A stretch of DNA of 64,000 bases from Acidobacteriota bacterium (GTDB lineage: Bacteria; Acidobacteriota; UBA6911; RPQK01; JAJDTT01), in assembly GCA_965263035.1 (NCBI GenBank), contig OZ253580.1:1024001-1088000 (forward strand), written 5' to 3'. Made by a program: the position numbers and the translations under genes. How positions within the stretch are numbered: position 1 is the first letter of the stretch; every line of letters starts with the position of its first letter. Under the pieces are notes generated by a model. It saw nothing but the letters and a program-made list of their open reading frames with translations, was not told the origin of the DNA and made no database searches. Shown piece by piece: positions 10,064 to 20,286 of the stretch.

Positions 10064-11053
10064 ATGAAGAGACGCTCTCTCACGTTGCTCGTCAACGCAC
10101 CCTTGGAGGAAGACCAGCGGAAGCGCATTCGAGACCTGGGAGTGCACTTGTTGGATGGGCTTTCGGAAGAGAGTCTGAGGGCAGCTGAGGTCATTTATAC
10201 GACGCGCATCCCCTTTGAGCCTCGCCAAGCGCCTCGGCTTCGCTGGATTCAACTCAATACGGTGGCCGTCGACCACATCTTGACCGGCGCTGTGGCAACA
10301 ATGGGAGTGCGGATAGCCAACGTTCGGGGTGCCTACAGCGTAGCCGTGGCTGAGTTGGCGGTGGGAGCGATGGTGGCGCTGAGTCGCCGTTTCCGGAGTG
10401 CTCATTCTCTACAGCTTCAAAATCGGTGGCCCGATGACTTCACCCCGCTTAGGGGCGAGAATTCCTACGGCAAAACATTGTCCATTGTCGGGTATGGGAG
10501 CATCGGGCGTCATCTGGCTCGAATCGTCACGGGCATGGGGATGAGAGTGCTCGCCTGCAAGCGGCACCCTGAACAGAAAAAGGACGAAGGTTTCTATCTG
10601 CCCAATACAGGGGATCCCGAAGGGCTCCTTCCCGACAAATGGTTTGGGCTCAGAAATATCGGTGAGATGTTGTCTGTCAGCGACGTCCTCGTAATCTGCC
10701 TTCCGTTGACCCCGGATACCAGGAGTGTAATCGGACAGTTGGAACTGGCCAGGCTACCCCGCAACGCCTATCTGATCAACGTGGGTCGGGGTGAAGTGGT
10801 CGCGGAAGAAGCCTTATTGGACGTGTTGAGAACGCACCGCATTGCCGGAGCGGCATTTGATGTCTTTCCTGAAGAGCCCCTGCCTGCAGGTAGCCCCTTC
10901 TGGGGACTACCCAACACGATTATCCTACCCCATATCGGCTCGTTCACTCGCGAGCAGGGGCACTTGGCCGGCGAAGTCCTGATTGAGAACTTGACCAGGG
11001 ACCTTTCCCAGGCGCCGCTGTTAAACCTGATTGATCCCCAACGGGGTTACTAG
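10064..11053 (+). CDS. D-2-hydroxyacid dehydrogenase family protein
   Basis: GYGSIG Rossmann motif, LPLTPDT, INVGRG, FDVFPEEP, PHIG. Confidence 0.92.
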   Translation: MKRRSLTLLVNAPLEEDQRKRIRDLGVHLLDGLSEESLRAAEVIYTTRIPFEPRQAPRLRWIQLNTVAVDHILTGAVATMGVRIANVRGAYSVAVAELAVGAMVALSRRFRSAHSLQLQNRWPDDFTPLRGENSYGKTLSIVGYGSIGRHLARIVTGMGMRVLACKRHPEQKKDEGFYLPNTGDPEGLLPDKWFGLRNIGEMLSVSDVLVICLPLTPDTRSVIGQLELARLPRNAYLINVGRGEVVAEEALLDVLRTHRIAGAAFDVFPEEPLPAGSPFWGLPNTIILPHIGSFTREQGHLAGEVLIENLTRDLSQAPLLNLIDPQRGY

Positions 11054-11146
11054 AATCGGAGTCCTTGACGTGGGGCATTACGGCGGCAGTTTCCGACTCC
11101 TAGTTCAATCCTTTACGGTTTCTTGTATTCAGTTCTCCGTCGCTAG

Positions 11147-13179
11147 CCGGAACTTCACTTCCGAAATTCGTCTAATCGTTTGTATGTCAGGAAGATAGAC
11201 GAAATCAACCTGCCCAATTACTGGCACCAAATCGGGTCGGGTTGACGTCGAGCAGCTCGAAAGCCTTCGCCTGCAGCGGCGTCGGCTTGGCGAACATCGG
11301 AAACGGATGCTCCGGCGCGTCCGGCAGGGTCACCTGGTTCAGGGTGAGCGTACCGAGATCGGCCAGCAGCGTCCGGAGGCTATGCACGGGGAGCCCGTCA
11401 GCCGTCCGTTTGCGTCCGGCCTTGGTCTTCGTGCGCTCGGAGACCTGCGCCTTTTCCACCGGTGAGGTCCGCAATGCTCGCGCCCCGGACCGATCCTCCT
11501 CCTCGAACAGCAGCGGCGCCAGACGCTGCTTCAGGTGCCATTGCAGGTAGTACGCCAGCAGACACAGAAAGACGTGCCCGCGCACATGATCCTCGCTGTA
11601 GACGAAGACCGGGCGCAGGGCCAACTGCGCCGTCTTGAGCAAACGAAACGCCCGCTCCACCTGGGAGAGGCTCTTGTACGCCTCCACCGCCTCCGCAGCC
11701 CCGATGTCGGAGGCCTCCAGGCTAGTGCGAATGATGTAGATGCCATCCAGTTGGGCCTCCGCATCGATCTTCTCCTGGCGCCTGGACCAGCGGATGTCAT
11801 CGTCGGTCACCTCGATCAAGAAGTGTTTGTCCACCTTCTTGCGGCTGACGTCCCGGCCCACCCGGCGGTTGATCGCCTCCCGGCCGCGTAGCCGAGCGTG
11901 GGGGGAGCGCACGGCGCTGGCGATGGTCTCCAGGATCTTCTCGGTCGCGCACAGCAGGTCCTCGCGCTTGCGGGCCCGTTCCTGACGCAGGCGGGGATTG
12001 AGGCAGACCAGCAACCGTTCGCCGGGAAACTCCGGGCTCAGGATCTCCGCGATCCCGTCCGGAACCAACTCGCCCGGTCGTAGCGGAGCCGGTTCCTCGC
12101 CCTTCCCACCCGATTTGGGCGGCCGCATCAGCTTGCGGATGGCGTCCGTTCTCAAGGCCGAGATCCAGGCCAGACCGGCCGGATCGAGGTCTTTGCGCAG
12201 CCGCGCCGTGGTGAGCATGCCGCGGTCCCCGACCAAAGCGATGGATTCGATGCCGAAGCGCCCCTGGATCTTCTTGCCCTGCGCCGCCACCGTGCTGGGA
12301 TCCCCGGTGTTGCCCGGGAACACCTCCACGGACAGCGGGCAACCGTCCCCGGCGCAGAGCAGGCCGAAGACGATCTGCTTCTTACCTTTCTTTCCGTCGC
12401 GGTTGTGGCCGAATGCAGCCAGGGAACAGCAGCGCCCCTCGAGATAGCTGGAGGAGACGTCATAAAGCAAAAGTGTCCGGCCCTCCAGGTGCCGTCGCGC
12501 CAGGCTCTTCTCGATCCAGACCTGGCGGCGCAGCAACCAGTCGAGCATCGCCAGCATCTCGTTGCCGCGGACCGGACCGAGGCCGAGGAGAGGACCGAGG
12601 CTGCTGGTGGCGGTCTCAGGAGACAGGCTCCGGGCGGTGGCGAGCTTGGAGGCGGGTTGGAACACCCGGGCGACGATGGCGGCGAGGGCGAGGTCGCGGT
12701 TGCGGCTGCGTTTCCGGTGCAGGAGGCGTTCCAGACCGAGTTGGCGGCCGAGACCGAGGAGGGCGGCGACATGGCCATGGGGCAGAGCGCGGCGAATGGA
12801 GAGGGACTCGTCCAGGGGACGATAGACTTGGCCCCCCTTGAGCAGGGCGCGGATACCGTCGACGATCTCCGGGGGGAGTTTGGAGAGGTTGGCGAGGGTG
12901 GTGCGGCGGATGCGCTTGCCCTCGCGTTTGGCGTGGCGGAAGAGGATGGCGGGTGGGCTGTTGCGGTTGGGGATGACATCGACGTGGTAGGACATGGTGC
13001 AGTGGACTATTACATGGAAACACTAACGATCACTGATATCCCTACAATACAGGGATATACTGACATTATACAGGAACAAATACATGGAAACAGAAATCCA
13101 GTTGGAGACTGGGCTTAGGGAGCCGTAAACGGCGCCATTTCAATGATTTGCTATGGCTTGAGGGACAGTGAAGTTCCGG
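11147..13179 (-). mobile_element. IS1634-type insertion sequence
   Basis: Inverted ends CCGGAACTTCACT / AGTGAAGTTCCGG flanked by CTAG on both sides (11143-11146, 13180-13183). CTAG may be a TSD or part of the IR. Confidence 0.9.
11205..12995 (-). CDS. IS1634-family DDE transposase (intact, 596 aa)
   Basis: LYDVSSSYLEG, FGHNRDGK, FPGNTGD, LVGDRGM, YKSLSQVERAFRLLK, PTPLQAKAFELL. Confidence 0.9.
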   Translation of the reverse strand: MSYHVDVIPNRNSPPAILFRHAKREGKRIRRTTLANLSKLPPEIVDGIRALLKGGQVYRPLDESLSIRRALPHGHVAALLGLGRQLGLERLLHRKRSRNRDLALAAIVARVFQPASKLATARSLSPETATSSLGPLLGLGPVRGNEMLAMLDWLLRRQVWIEKSLARRHLEGRTLLLYDVSSSYLEGRCCSLAAFGHNRDGKKGKKQIVFGLLCAGDGCPLSVEVFPGNTGDPSTVAAQGKKIQGRFGIESIALVGDRGMLTTARLRKDLDPAGLAWISALRTDAIRKLMRPPKSGGKGEEPAPLRPGELVPDGIAEILSPEFPGERLLVCLNPRLRQERARKREDLLCATEKILETIASAVRSPHARLRGREAINRRVGRDVSRKKVDKHFLIEVTDDDIRWSRRQEKIDAEAQLDGIYIIRTSLEASDIGAAEAVEAYKSLSQVERAFRLLKTAQLALRPVFVYSEDHVRGHVFLCLLAYYLQWHLKQRLAPLLFEEEDRSGARALRTSPVEKAQVSERTKTKAGRKRTADGLPVHSLRTLLADLGTLTLNQVTLPDAPEHPFPMFAKPTPLQAKAFELLDVNPTRFGASNWAG

Positions 13180-13220
13180 CTAGCGCACACGGCCGTGTTT
13201 CACGATCTTCGGCAAAGGGC

Positions 13221-13609
13221 TCAGGAATCCGATAGATCCATATTACTCAGGCTTCTCTCCAAGGATCTCTGAACGTTAAACCGGATGGCCTTTGGAAGGT
13301 CTTTCCGGTTCTCCTGGCGGCAGGCCTCCAAAATGTCCCTATGCTCCCTGAGTTCTTCTTTAACTCGTTGGGCGTCGTGAGTTTGCATGGTGCGATAGCG
13401 GGTGCTACGGTCCCACAGATCATTAAGCAGTTCCAATAGTAGCGGTCGCCGACAGGCTTGGTAGACCTTAAAGTGAAATCTACGGTTGAGGTTAAAGAGC
13501 GAGCGAAAATCATGCCGTTCGGTGGCAGACTTCATCCGAGCAAACAGGGTCTCCATCGTCTTGACATCTCTTTGAGTCAGTCGTTTCGACGCCAATTGTG
13601 CGGCTAGTC
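13221..13609 (-). pseudogene. GntR/FCD regulator, 3' part (split by IS4-family element)
   Basis: FCD motifs NRRFH and EHRDILEA; joins in frame to the 16075-16344 part as ELEGLAAQLA. Confidence 0.9.
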
Positions 13610-16074
13610 CTGCCCTATACCCACAAATAGTGCTGGACAAACAAGAATGCCTGTCGTAGTCTCCACGACATGGCAGTTCAGAACCAGATCAAGCGCACCT
13701 TGAGCCGAGAGTTGGATCGTTTGCACGCCGTGATGAGGCGGGAGAAGTTCGCCCACCGGACGGCGCTGGCGGACCGGGTCTGCTCGGAGTTTGGATTTCA
13801 CGATGCCCGAGGGCGGGCGCAACGGAGCGGCTGCCTGAAGGCGCTCCGGGAGCTGGAGGCGGGCGGACGGATTCGTCTGCCGACGCCGCGACGGCGGGTG
13901 AAACATTGCGGGCCCCGAGGACTGGGCCGTGCGGTGCCGGAGCCGGTGGAAGTGCCCGAGACGGTGGACGGCGTGCGGGAGCTGGAGTTGATTCTGGTGG
14001 AGACGGGTCCGCAACGAGCGCTCTGGAACGAGTTGATGGCGCGAGAGCATCCACGGGGCGCGGGGCCGTTGGTGGGTGCTCAACTACGCTATCTGGTGGG
14101 CTCGGCGCACGGCTGGCTGGGGGGCTTGGGGTTCGGGGCGGCGGCGTTGCGGTTGCGGGACCGGGACCGCTGGATCGGATGGGATGAGGAACAACGCCGG
14201 GCGCACCTGCACCGGGTGGTGGGGCTGAGCCGGTTTCTGATCCGTCCGTCAGTGAGGTGTCGTAATCTGGCCTCCCGGGTGCTGGGGGAGGTGTTGCGGC
14301 GGCTGGGTCCGGAGTTCCAGGCGCGCTACGGCTACCGTCCCTGGCTGGTGGAGACCTTCGTGGAGACGGCTCGCCACGATGGGGCCAGTTTGCGCGCCAC
14401 GAACTGGAGGGTTCTGGGGCAGACGCAGGGTCGAGGCCGGCAAGATCGGGCGCACCGGGGTGCGGAGACGAGCAAGGCGATCTATGGGTATGAGTTGTGC
14501 CGGGATTGGCGTCGGCGGTTGGGGGTGGGACCGGCGCCGAGGCGGGGAGTGGAACCGATGTCGGAGGGCGAGGGACTGGAGGGAGAGGGCTGGGCTCAGC
14601 AGGAGTTGGGCGGGGCGCCGCTGGGAGACCGGCGCTTGAGTCGGCGACTGGTGGAGAGTGCGCACCGTCAGGCGCAGGAGCCGGGGCGGGCGTTCACGGG
14701 AGTGGCGCGGGGCGATCCGGCGGCGGTCAAGGGATACTACCGGCTGATCGACCAGCCGGAAGCCTCGGCGGTGACGGTGTCCAACATCCTGGCCCCGCAC
14801 CGGGAGCGGACCCGGCAGCGGATGCAGGGGCAGCGGACGGTGCTGTGCATCCAGGACGGGAGCGATCTGAACTTCACGCGGCACGGCCGGTGTGAGGGAC
14901 TGGGGGTGATCGGGCGCAACCAGACGGGAGCGACGGCGCGGGGACTGCATCTGCACGCGACGCTGGTGGTGAGTGAGACGGGGCTGCCGCTGGGGGTGTT
15001 GCGGGCGAAGCTGGACGCGCCGAAGCCGGGACCGGTGGCCACGCGGAAAAAGAAGAAGACGTATCGCTGGATCGAGGGACTTCGGGACTGCGCCGAGGTG
15101 TCGCGGTCCCTCGACGGGGTGCGGGTGGTCAGCGTGGTGGACCGGGAGGCGGATTTTTTCGCACTGTTCGCCGAGCAACGAGCGTCTCCGGAGGTGGAGT
15201 TGCTGGTGCGTGCGAAGCAGGATCGGGTGCTGAAGCGGAAGACCCGGGCGAAGGCGGCCGGGAAAAGCGGGGATCCGGACCAGGAGCAGAAGCGGAAGCT
15301 GTTCGGGCGCCTGCGATCGGCGCCGGTGCGGGCCCGGATGCTGCTGGAGGTGAAGCGTCAGAGTGCGCGGATCAAGGCCAGCAAGCAGGCGGCCCGCCCG
15401 CGGCGGCTGGCGCGGGTGGCACGGATGGAACTGCGCTACGAGACCCTGACGATTCCGGCGCCGCGCGGGAACCCAACCGGCATCCCGTCGCTGAGACTGT
15501 CGGTGGTGCACGCGCGGGAGGTCGCGCCGCCGGCGCAGGGGAAGCGCCTGGAATGGTTCCTGCTCACCACCCTGCCGGTGACCGATGTCGAGACGGCGCA
15601 GCAACTGCTGAGATGGTATGCCCTGCGCTGGCGGGTGGAGGATTATTTCCGGGTGCTCAAGACCGGATGCCGGGTGCAACAGCTCCAGCACCAAACCGCC
15701 GAACGTCTGAAACGGGCCATCGCCATGCACGCCGTCATCGCCTGGCGGATCATGCTGATGACGCTGTTGGGGCGAGAGGACCCGGATCTGCCGGCGCAGT
15801 TGCTGTTTTCCGATCTGGAAATCCGGGTCCTGGGGGCGTTTGCCGCGTCGCGACGATACCCACCGCCGGAAGACCTGGGGGCGGCCGTGCTCGTGCTGGC
15901 CCGCCTGGGAGGATATCTGGCTCGTAAACACGACCCCCCACCCGGGCATCAACTGCTGTGGCAGGGCTACGTCACGCTTTACGGCATGTGTCTGGGCTTC
16001 GCTTTACGAGAAGAAACATGAACGAAACCAGACCCAGGCTAATGTGCCCTGTGCAATATGTGGGTAAAGGGCAG
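13610..16074 (+). mobile_element. IS4-family element carrying a DUF4338-fused transposase
   Basis: Imperfect IRs CTGCCCTATACCCACAAATAGTGC / GCAATATGTGGGTAAAGGGCAG; 8-bp TSD GGCTAGTC at 13602-13609 and 16075-16082. Confidence 0.93.
13670..16021 (+). CDS. DUF4338 (DruA-like) domain fused to an IS4/IS50-type DDE transposase
   Basis: N-half RDRWIGW, SRFLI, NLASRVL, YGYRPWLVETFV, GQTQGRG; C-half LGDRRL, IQDGSDL, VDREAD, WFLLTT, YALRWRVEDYFRVLK, ARLGGYL. Confidence 0.88.
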   Translation: MAVQNQIKRTLSRELDRLHAVMRREKFAHRTALADRVCSEFGFHDARGRAQRSGCLKALRELEAGGRIRLPTPRRRVKHCGPRGLGRAVPEPVEVPETVDGVRELELILVETGPQRALWNELMAREHPRGAGPLVGAQLRYLVGSAHGWLGGLGFGAAALRLRDRDRWIGWDEEQRRAHLHRVVGLSRFLIRPSVRCRNLASRVLGEVLRRLGPEFQARYGYRPWLVETFVETARHDGASLRATNWRVLGQTQGRGRQDRAHRGAETSKAIYGYELCRDWRRRLGVGPAPRRGVEPMSEGEGLEGEGWAQQELGGAPLGDRRLSRRLVESAHRQAQEPGRAFTGVARGDPAAVKGYYRLIDQPEASAVTVSNILAPHRERTRQRMQGQRTVLCIQDGSDLNFTRHGRCEGLGVIGRNQTGATARGLHLHATLVVSETGLPLGVLRAKLDAPKPGPVATRKKKKTYRWIEGLRDCAEVSRSLDGVRVVSVVDREADFFALFAEQRASPEVELLVRAKQDRVLKRKTRAKAAGKSGDPDQEQKRKLFGRLRSAPVRARMLLEVKRQSARIKASKQAARPRRLARVARMELRYETLTIPAPRGNPTGIPSLRLSVVHAREVAPPAQGKRLEWFLLTTLPVTDVETAQQLLRWYALRWRVEDYFRVLKTGCRVQQLQHQTAERLKRAIAMHAVIAWRIMLMTLLGREDPDLPAQLLFSDLEIRVLGAFAASRRYPPPEDLGAAVLVLARLGGYLARKHDPPPGHQLLWQGYVTLYGMCLGFALREET

Positions 16075-16344
16075 GGCTAGTCCCTCCAACTCGACGCGAA
16101 TTAGATAAACATCCTCGATTTCCTGAAGAGACAATTCGTTCACATAGGCACCACGATGCGGAATGATACTGATGAACCCTTCCGCCTGTAATTGCTTAAA
16201 CGCTTCACGCAAAGGAATAATACTGATCCCCAATTCCTCGGTTAGCTGCTTCTGGTTTATACGTTCTCCCGGCCTGAACTTTCCGGAGAGAATTGCCTGA
16301 CGAATCTCGTTGAAAGCAATCTCGCTGATCGTCGTGTAATTCAT
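16075..16344 (-). pseudogene. GntR regulator, 5' wHTH part
   Basis: IRQAILSGKFRPGERI, LGISIIPLREA, PHRGAYV. Confidence 0.92.
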
Positions 16345-16631
16345 CTGTTCACCTTTTTATTCAAAGCCAAAAAATTCTACACAAAACCGAATTCTTTATT
16401 CAGTCATGACATGATACCAGCCTGTTCACCACCGCGTGGTCCATGCCCACTACCCGATTCTCCTCCATGGCTCTGACCCCTTGCAGCCACAGCACCGTCA
16501 TCTCCGGCTCCGCGGCGCGCGGAGGATTTAGCTCCCTCCCCGTTTCCTCCCTTTCGGGGGAAAATACTCATCCAGCCCTCCCCCTGAAGACCGGGCACTT
16601 CACGTGCTAACGACACCGGCAGGTGACCACG

Positions 16632-16660
16632 TTGACATACTCTTCGGGTCTTTCTAGACT
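16632..16660 (+). promoter_or_regulatory. sigma70-type promoter for the C45 peptidase gene
   Basis: TTGACA, 17 bp spacer, TAGACT; ATG lies 9 nt after the -10 and no SD is visible. Confidence 0.6.
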
Positions 16661-16669
16661 CTCTCCTCA

Positions 16670-17791
16670 ATGACTGGATCTTTATACTTTATTAGACTCG
16701 CAGGAAATAGTAGACAGCGCGGCCTCCAACACGGGCGCCTTTTGCGTGAGCCCATTCAGACCGCGATCGACTTTTACAGGGAGCTGTTCAACAGACATCT
16801 GGGCATCGACTCAGTCGAAATCCGAAGGAGATCCGCGCGCTTCATCGAACCCACTGCCCGGACCAGTCCCGAGCTCTTGGCCGAGTATGAAGGAATTGCT
16901 GAGGGATCGGGCCAGACTCTGGAAGACATTTTTGCACTCTCTGGCCGTTACGAAATCACTTATGAATCGATTCGACTTGGAGAATGCTCGAACGTATTCG
17001 TAGGTCCTCAGTGCATGGCCCACGGACACACGCTGCTCGGTCAGAATTGGGAGTGGAGGCCGGAGGTGATGGCTTTTCGAGCCGTGATCATCGCCCGCTG
17101 CGACGACCTCCCGGATCACATCATGGTGACCGAATGCGGACAGCCTGGGAAATACGGCCTAAACGAATATGGACTTGGAGTGGCTGAAACCGGCCTTTCC
17201 TGCGCCAGCCAGAGGAGCGTTGGGGACAACCTGTTCGTGGTTGTGATGCGAAAGATGCTGGCTTGCCGGGATCTGGCCCAGGCCCGGCAGATGGTTCATC
17301 GGTATCCTCCGGAAGCCACCATCAGCTTTTTTGCCGCCGACAGTCGAGGTCACGGATTCAATCTGGAGGCTCTCCCCTCCGGGATTGTGGAACGAGAGTT
17401 TTCTGCGGACGAAATCGACTGGCACACGAATCACTCCCGCTTGACGGAGGAGCCGTGTCTGTTTGGAGATAGCTTGATTCGGGGCCGCCGTTGGGAGGAG
17501 TTGATCGATGCCGCGCGTCCTGTCACCGTACCCCTTTTGGGAAGGTGGCTGGCAGACTCAGCGAACGGATACAATTCGATTTGTCGAGCACCCGATCCGG
17601 GGCGAGCCCAGACCCCAACGTTTCTGCAGACGCTCTGCTCAATTGTGCTTGACCTGACGACTCGCGAGATGTGGATCAGCGACGGCCTGTCTTCCCAAAT
17701 GCCTTACCAGCGTGTCGGGTTTGATGAGGAAGAGCGACGTTCATCCTTCTTGGCTAATGACCAGAAAAACATGACCCCAACCGCCACCTGA
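16670..17791 (+). CDS. C45 family autoproteolytic acyltransferase/peptidase (Ntn hydrolase)
   Basis: RGLQHG, EYEGIAEG, GECS cleavage site, GQNWEW, GLNEYG, HTNH. Confidence 0.85.
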   Translation: MTGSLYFIRLAGNSRQRGLQHGRLLREPIQTAIDFYRELFNRHLGIDSVEIRRRSARFIEPTARTSPELLAEYEGIAEGSGQTLEDIFALSGRYEITYESIRLGECSNVFVGPQCMAHGHTLLGQNWEWRPEVMAFRAVIIARCDDLPDHIMVTECGQPGKYGLNEYGLGVAETGLSCASQRSVGDNLFVVVMRKMLACRDLAQARQMVHRYPPEATISFFAADSRGHGFNLEALPSGIVEREFSADEIDWHTNHSRLTEEPCLFGDSLIRGRRWEELIDAARPVTVPLLGRWLADSANGYNSICRAPDPGRAQTPTFLQTLCSIVLDLTTREMWISDGLSSQMPYQRVGFDEEERRSSFLANDQKNMTPTAT

Positions 17792-17901
17792 TCACATTCG
17801 CCACCGAGCGTCGATGGGCTGAGCCTGTTGCTCTTCTCCTTCCTTCGTTCCGTTGCTCGTTCACGCACGCTCGGAATATGTGCATCCGAGGAGTAGAGGC
17901 G

Positions 17902-19149
17902 ATGAGAATCACCGATCTTCGTTGTATGCGCCTGCTGGGTCCGCGACCCCATGGGGGTGGCGGAAAAGCCGGTACTTTTTCCAAGCTCCTGGTCAGAATC
18001 GATACCGACGAGGGCAGCTACGGCCTGGGAGAGGCCGAGAACATGATGGGAGTGAGGGAGGGCATTGAGTATTTGAGGGCTTGGCTGATCGGCCGGGATC
18101 CATTTTCTGTTCGTCCCTTTTTCTCTGAAATGCTTTATGGGACCGTACCTCCCCATCCTAAATTTCGGGTCTATGAACCCATCCGTTTCGAGAAGACATT
18201 TCGCCCGTCCCTGATCTGCTCCCCGACGGCGACACCGACCGGTCCCGTGATCTGGGCCCTTGGCGGAGTGGAGATGGCCTTGCTTGACCTCGTCGGCAAG
18301 ATCCTGAATACCCCGGTCTACAATCTGCTGGGTGGAAAGTACCGGGATCGGATTCGCATCTACCTCGATAGGAGCGCTCCGGAAGCGGTCGACGATCTCG
18401 ACGCTTGGAAGAAAATGGCCGAGGACTCGGTCAGGGACGGTTTTACCCAGTTGAAGTTCGACATCGACTATACGGCCTCTGACCTCGTCGAAGACTTCTG
18501 GAACCGCTCCATCCCCCTTCGACAAATGAACGGGATGGTCCGAAGGCTGAAGACCGTTCGCCAGACGGTCGGGCACAACGTCGAACTATGTGTCGATTGT
18601 CATATGCAATACAACGTAGTCGACGCGGTGAGGCTGGCCCAGGAACTGGCCTTTCTCAAGCTGATGTGGCTTGAGGATCCTACGCCCATAATCAATCCCC
18701 AGGCCTGTGCCGCGGTCCGGGCAAAGAGTCCGATTGCTATCTGCATCGGAGAAATGTTCATCGCCGAGCAGTTCCGGCTCTTCATCGATGCCAAAGCCTG
18801 TGACATCATCCATCCCGATGTCCTTTTCTGTGGGGGGCTGCAGGAAGGCAGGCGGATTGCGGACTACGCCGAGTTGCACTACCTCCCCATGGCCATGCAC
18901 GGAAACGGAGGTTGCCTGGCAACCATAGCCGCAGCGCACCTTGCCGCGGCCTCCCGCAATTTTCTGGGTCTCGAATACCATTTTTGGGAGGCAAAATGGG
19001 TTGGCCGATACGTGAGCCGCGAAGGGGCTCCCCTCTTCAAAGATGGATATCTTCCCCTCACCGATGCCCCCGGTCTCGGAGTCGAACTCGATGTGGAGGT
19101 CTGCCTCGAGCACTTGGCGCCAGGGGAATCTTTGTTCTCCGAGAAATGA
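17902..19149 (+). CDS. Mandelate racemase/muconate lactonizing enzyme family (probable sugar-acid dehydratase)
   Basis: VRIDTDEGSYGLGE, EMALLDLVGK, PVYNLLGG, LKFD, VDCH, WLEDP, GE, PGLGVELD. Confidence 0.9.
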   Translation: MRITDLRCMRLLGPRPHGGGGKAGTFSKLLVRIDTDEGSYGLGEAENMMGVREGIEYLRAWLIGRDPFSVRPFFSEMLYGTVPPHPKFRVYEPIRFEKTFRPSLICSPTATPTGPVIWALGGVEMALLDLVGKILNTPVYNLLGGKYRDRIRIYLDRSAPEAVDDLDAWKKMAEDSVRDGFTQLKFDIDYTASDLVEDFWNRSIPLRQMNGMVRRLKTVRQTVGHNVELCVDCHMQYNVVDAVRLAQELAFLKLMWLEDPTPIINPQACAAVRAKSPIAICIGEMFIAEQFRLFIDAKACDIIHPDVLFCGGLQEGRRIADYAELHYLPMAMHGNGGCLATIAAAHLAAASRNFLGLEYHFWEAKWVGRYVSREGAPLFKDGYLPLTDAPGLGVELDVEVCLEHLAPGESLFSEK

Positions 19150-19307
19150 CCGCCTATCTGGGAAAAATGTGTTTCAGATCGGGAGATTACAGCTGTGCCG
19201 CCGCTGCTTACGGAGCAGCGTCCGAGCTGGCACCGGATAACCGATTCTATCGGATGAATCTGGACAGTGCGTTTCGCCGACTGGCGCCATACGAGAACAA
19301 CGAGTGA
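19146..19307 (+). pseudogene. single TPR-repeat fragment
   Basis: YLGKMCFRSGDYSCAAAAYGAASELAPDNRFYRMNL. Confidence 0.45.
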
Positions 19308-19347
19308 TCGAATTCAGCCTGTGAACCGGAAAAATGTCCTGTATTTG

Positions 19348-20286
19348 TCATTCGGGAACCGGTTCCAACCAGTGCGGCAGTTCGTCCTGCATTCGGTTCC
19401 GGTAGATGGCGAATGCTTCCTCACTAGCCCCCAGATAAGGTGGCAGCAGCCGGAGGGGAAACCCGGGGTGATGGAGCTTAAAAATCAGCTTATCGTAGGT
19501 GCCGTCCATGTGGCTTCCATTCATCGGCAGGTCTCGCAAGATACTCGAATGATGATGCAGGTCCTTGAGGAGCTGCCTTAAGCGCCCTTTGTCCCTGCCT
19601 GTCTGTCCTAACTCGAATAGTTCGTTGGCCAGCAGGCGATTCGAAGCGGCAATGGCTATCAGCTGACCACATTTGAGGCCCCTCAGGCTCGCTTCCGCAT
19701 ACCCGATGTCGCCGACGAAATGGCAGAGCTGGGGAGCCCGTTCAACGGCAGACCGGATCGTGGACATTCCAACTCGTCCGGCCCATTTGACCGCGACTAG
19801 ATTCGGATGACGTTCTGCCAGTACGGATAGTTCCCCGGGGTTCAACCAGCGCAACCCCCTGGGAACGTTATAGAAAAGAAAGGAACAGTCAGGATTTCGC
19901 CCGCAGGTCGCTTCGAAGAACAGGTCCCTTTCGAGATCATTCAGTTCTCCCCAAGAAGGAAACGACAGCTGAAAGCTGGCGAAACCGAGTGCCCGGCCCA
20001 CCTCAATCCGTTCCTGGATCTGTGGAATAGCAAGGGCGATAATGCCCAGTTGTCTCAGGCTGGTCTTGCCTTCGGTTTCTTCGGCAAAAACACGGGAGAT
20101 GCTTTCAAACTGATTCAGGGTCAGCGCGTAGCCTTCCCCCGCCGTACCGTACAAATAGATGCTCGGGTGGCCCTTGGCTAGCTGGCCGCGAACGACATCT
20201 CGAAACAGGGATTCATCCAATTCGAAACGGTCGGTCCAGGGAAGTGTACAACTACACAGGATACGGGGACTCAGTCTGGGTCTCAT
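19348..20286 (-). CDS. Dihydrodipicolinate synthase/class I aldolase family protein
   Basis: GTAGEGYAL, FYNVP, NLVAVK (Schiff-base Lys). Confidence 0.8.
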   Translation of the reverse strand: MRPRLSPRILCSCTLPWTDRFELDESLFRDVVRGQLAKGHPSIYLYGTAGEGYALTLNQFESISRVFAEETEGKTSLRQLGIIALAIPQIQERIEVGRALGFASFQLSFPSWGELNDLERDLFFEATCGRNPDCSFLFYNVPRGLRWLNPGELSVLAERHPNLVAVKWAGRVGMSTIRSAVERAPQLCHFVGDIGYAEASLRGLKCGQLIAIAASNRLLANELFELGQTGRDKGRLRQLLKDLHHHSSILRDLPMNGSHMDGTYDKLIFKLHHPGFPLRLLPPYLGASEEAFAIYRNRMQDELPHWLEPVPE

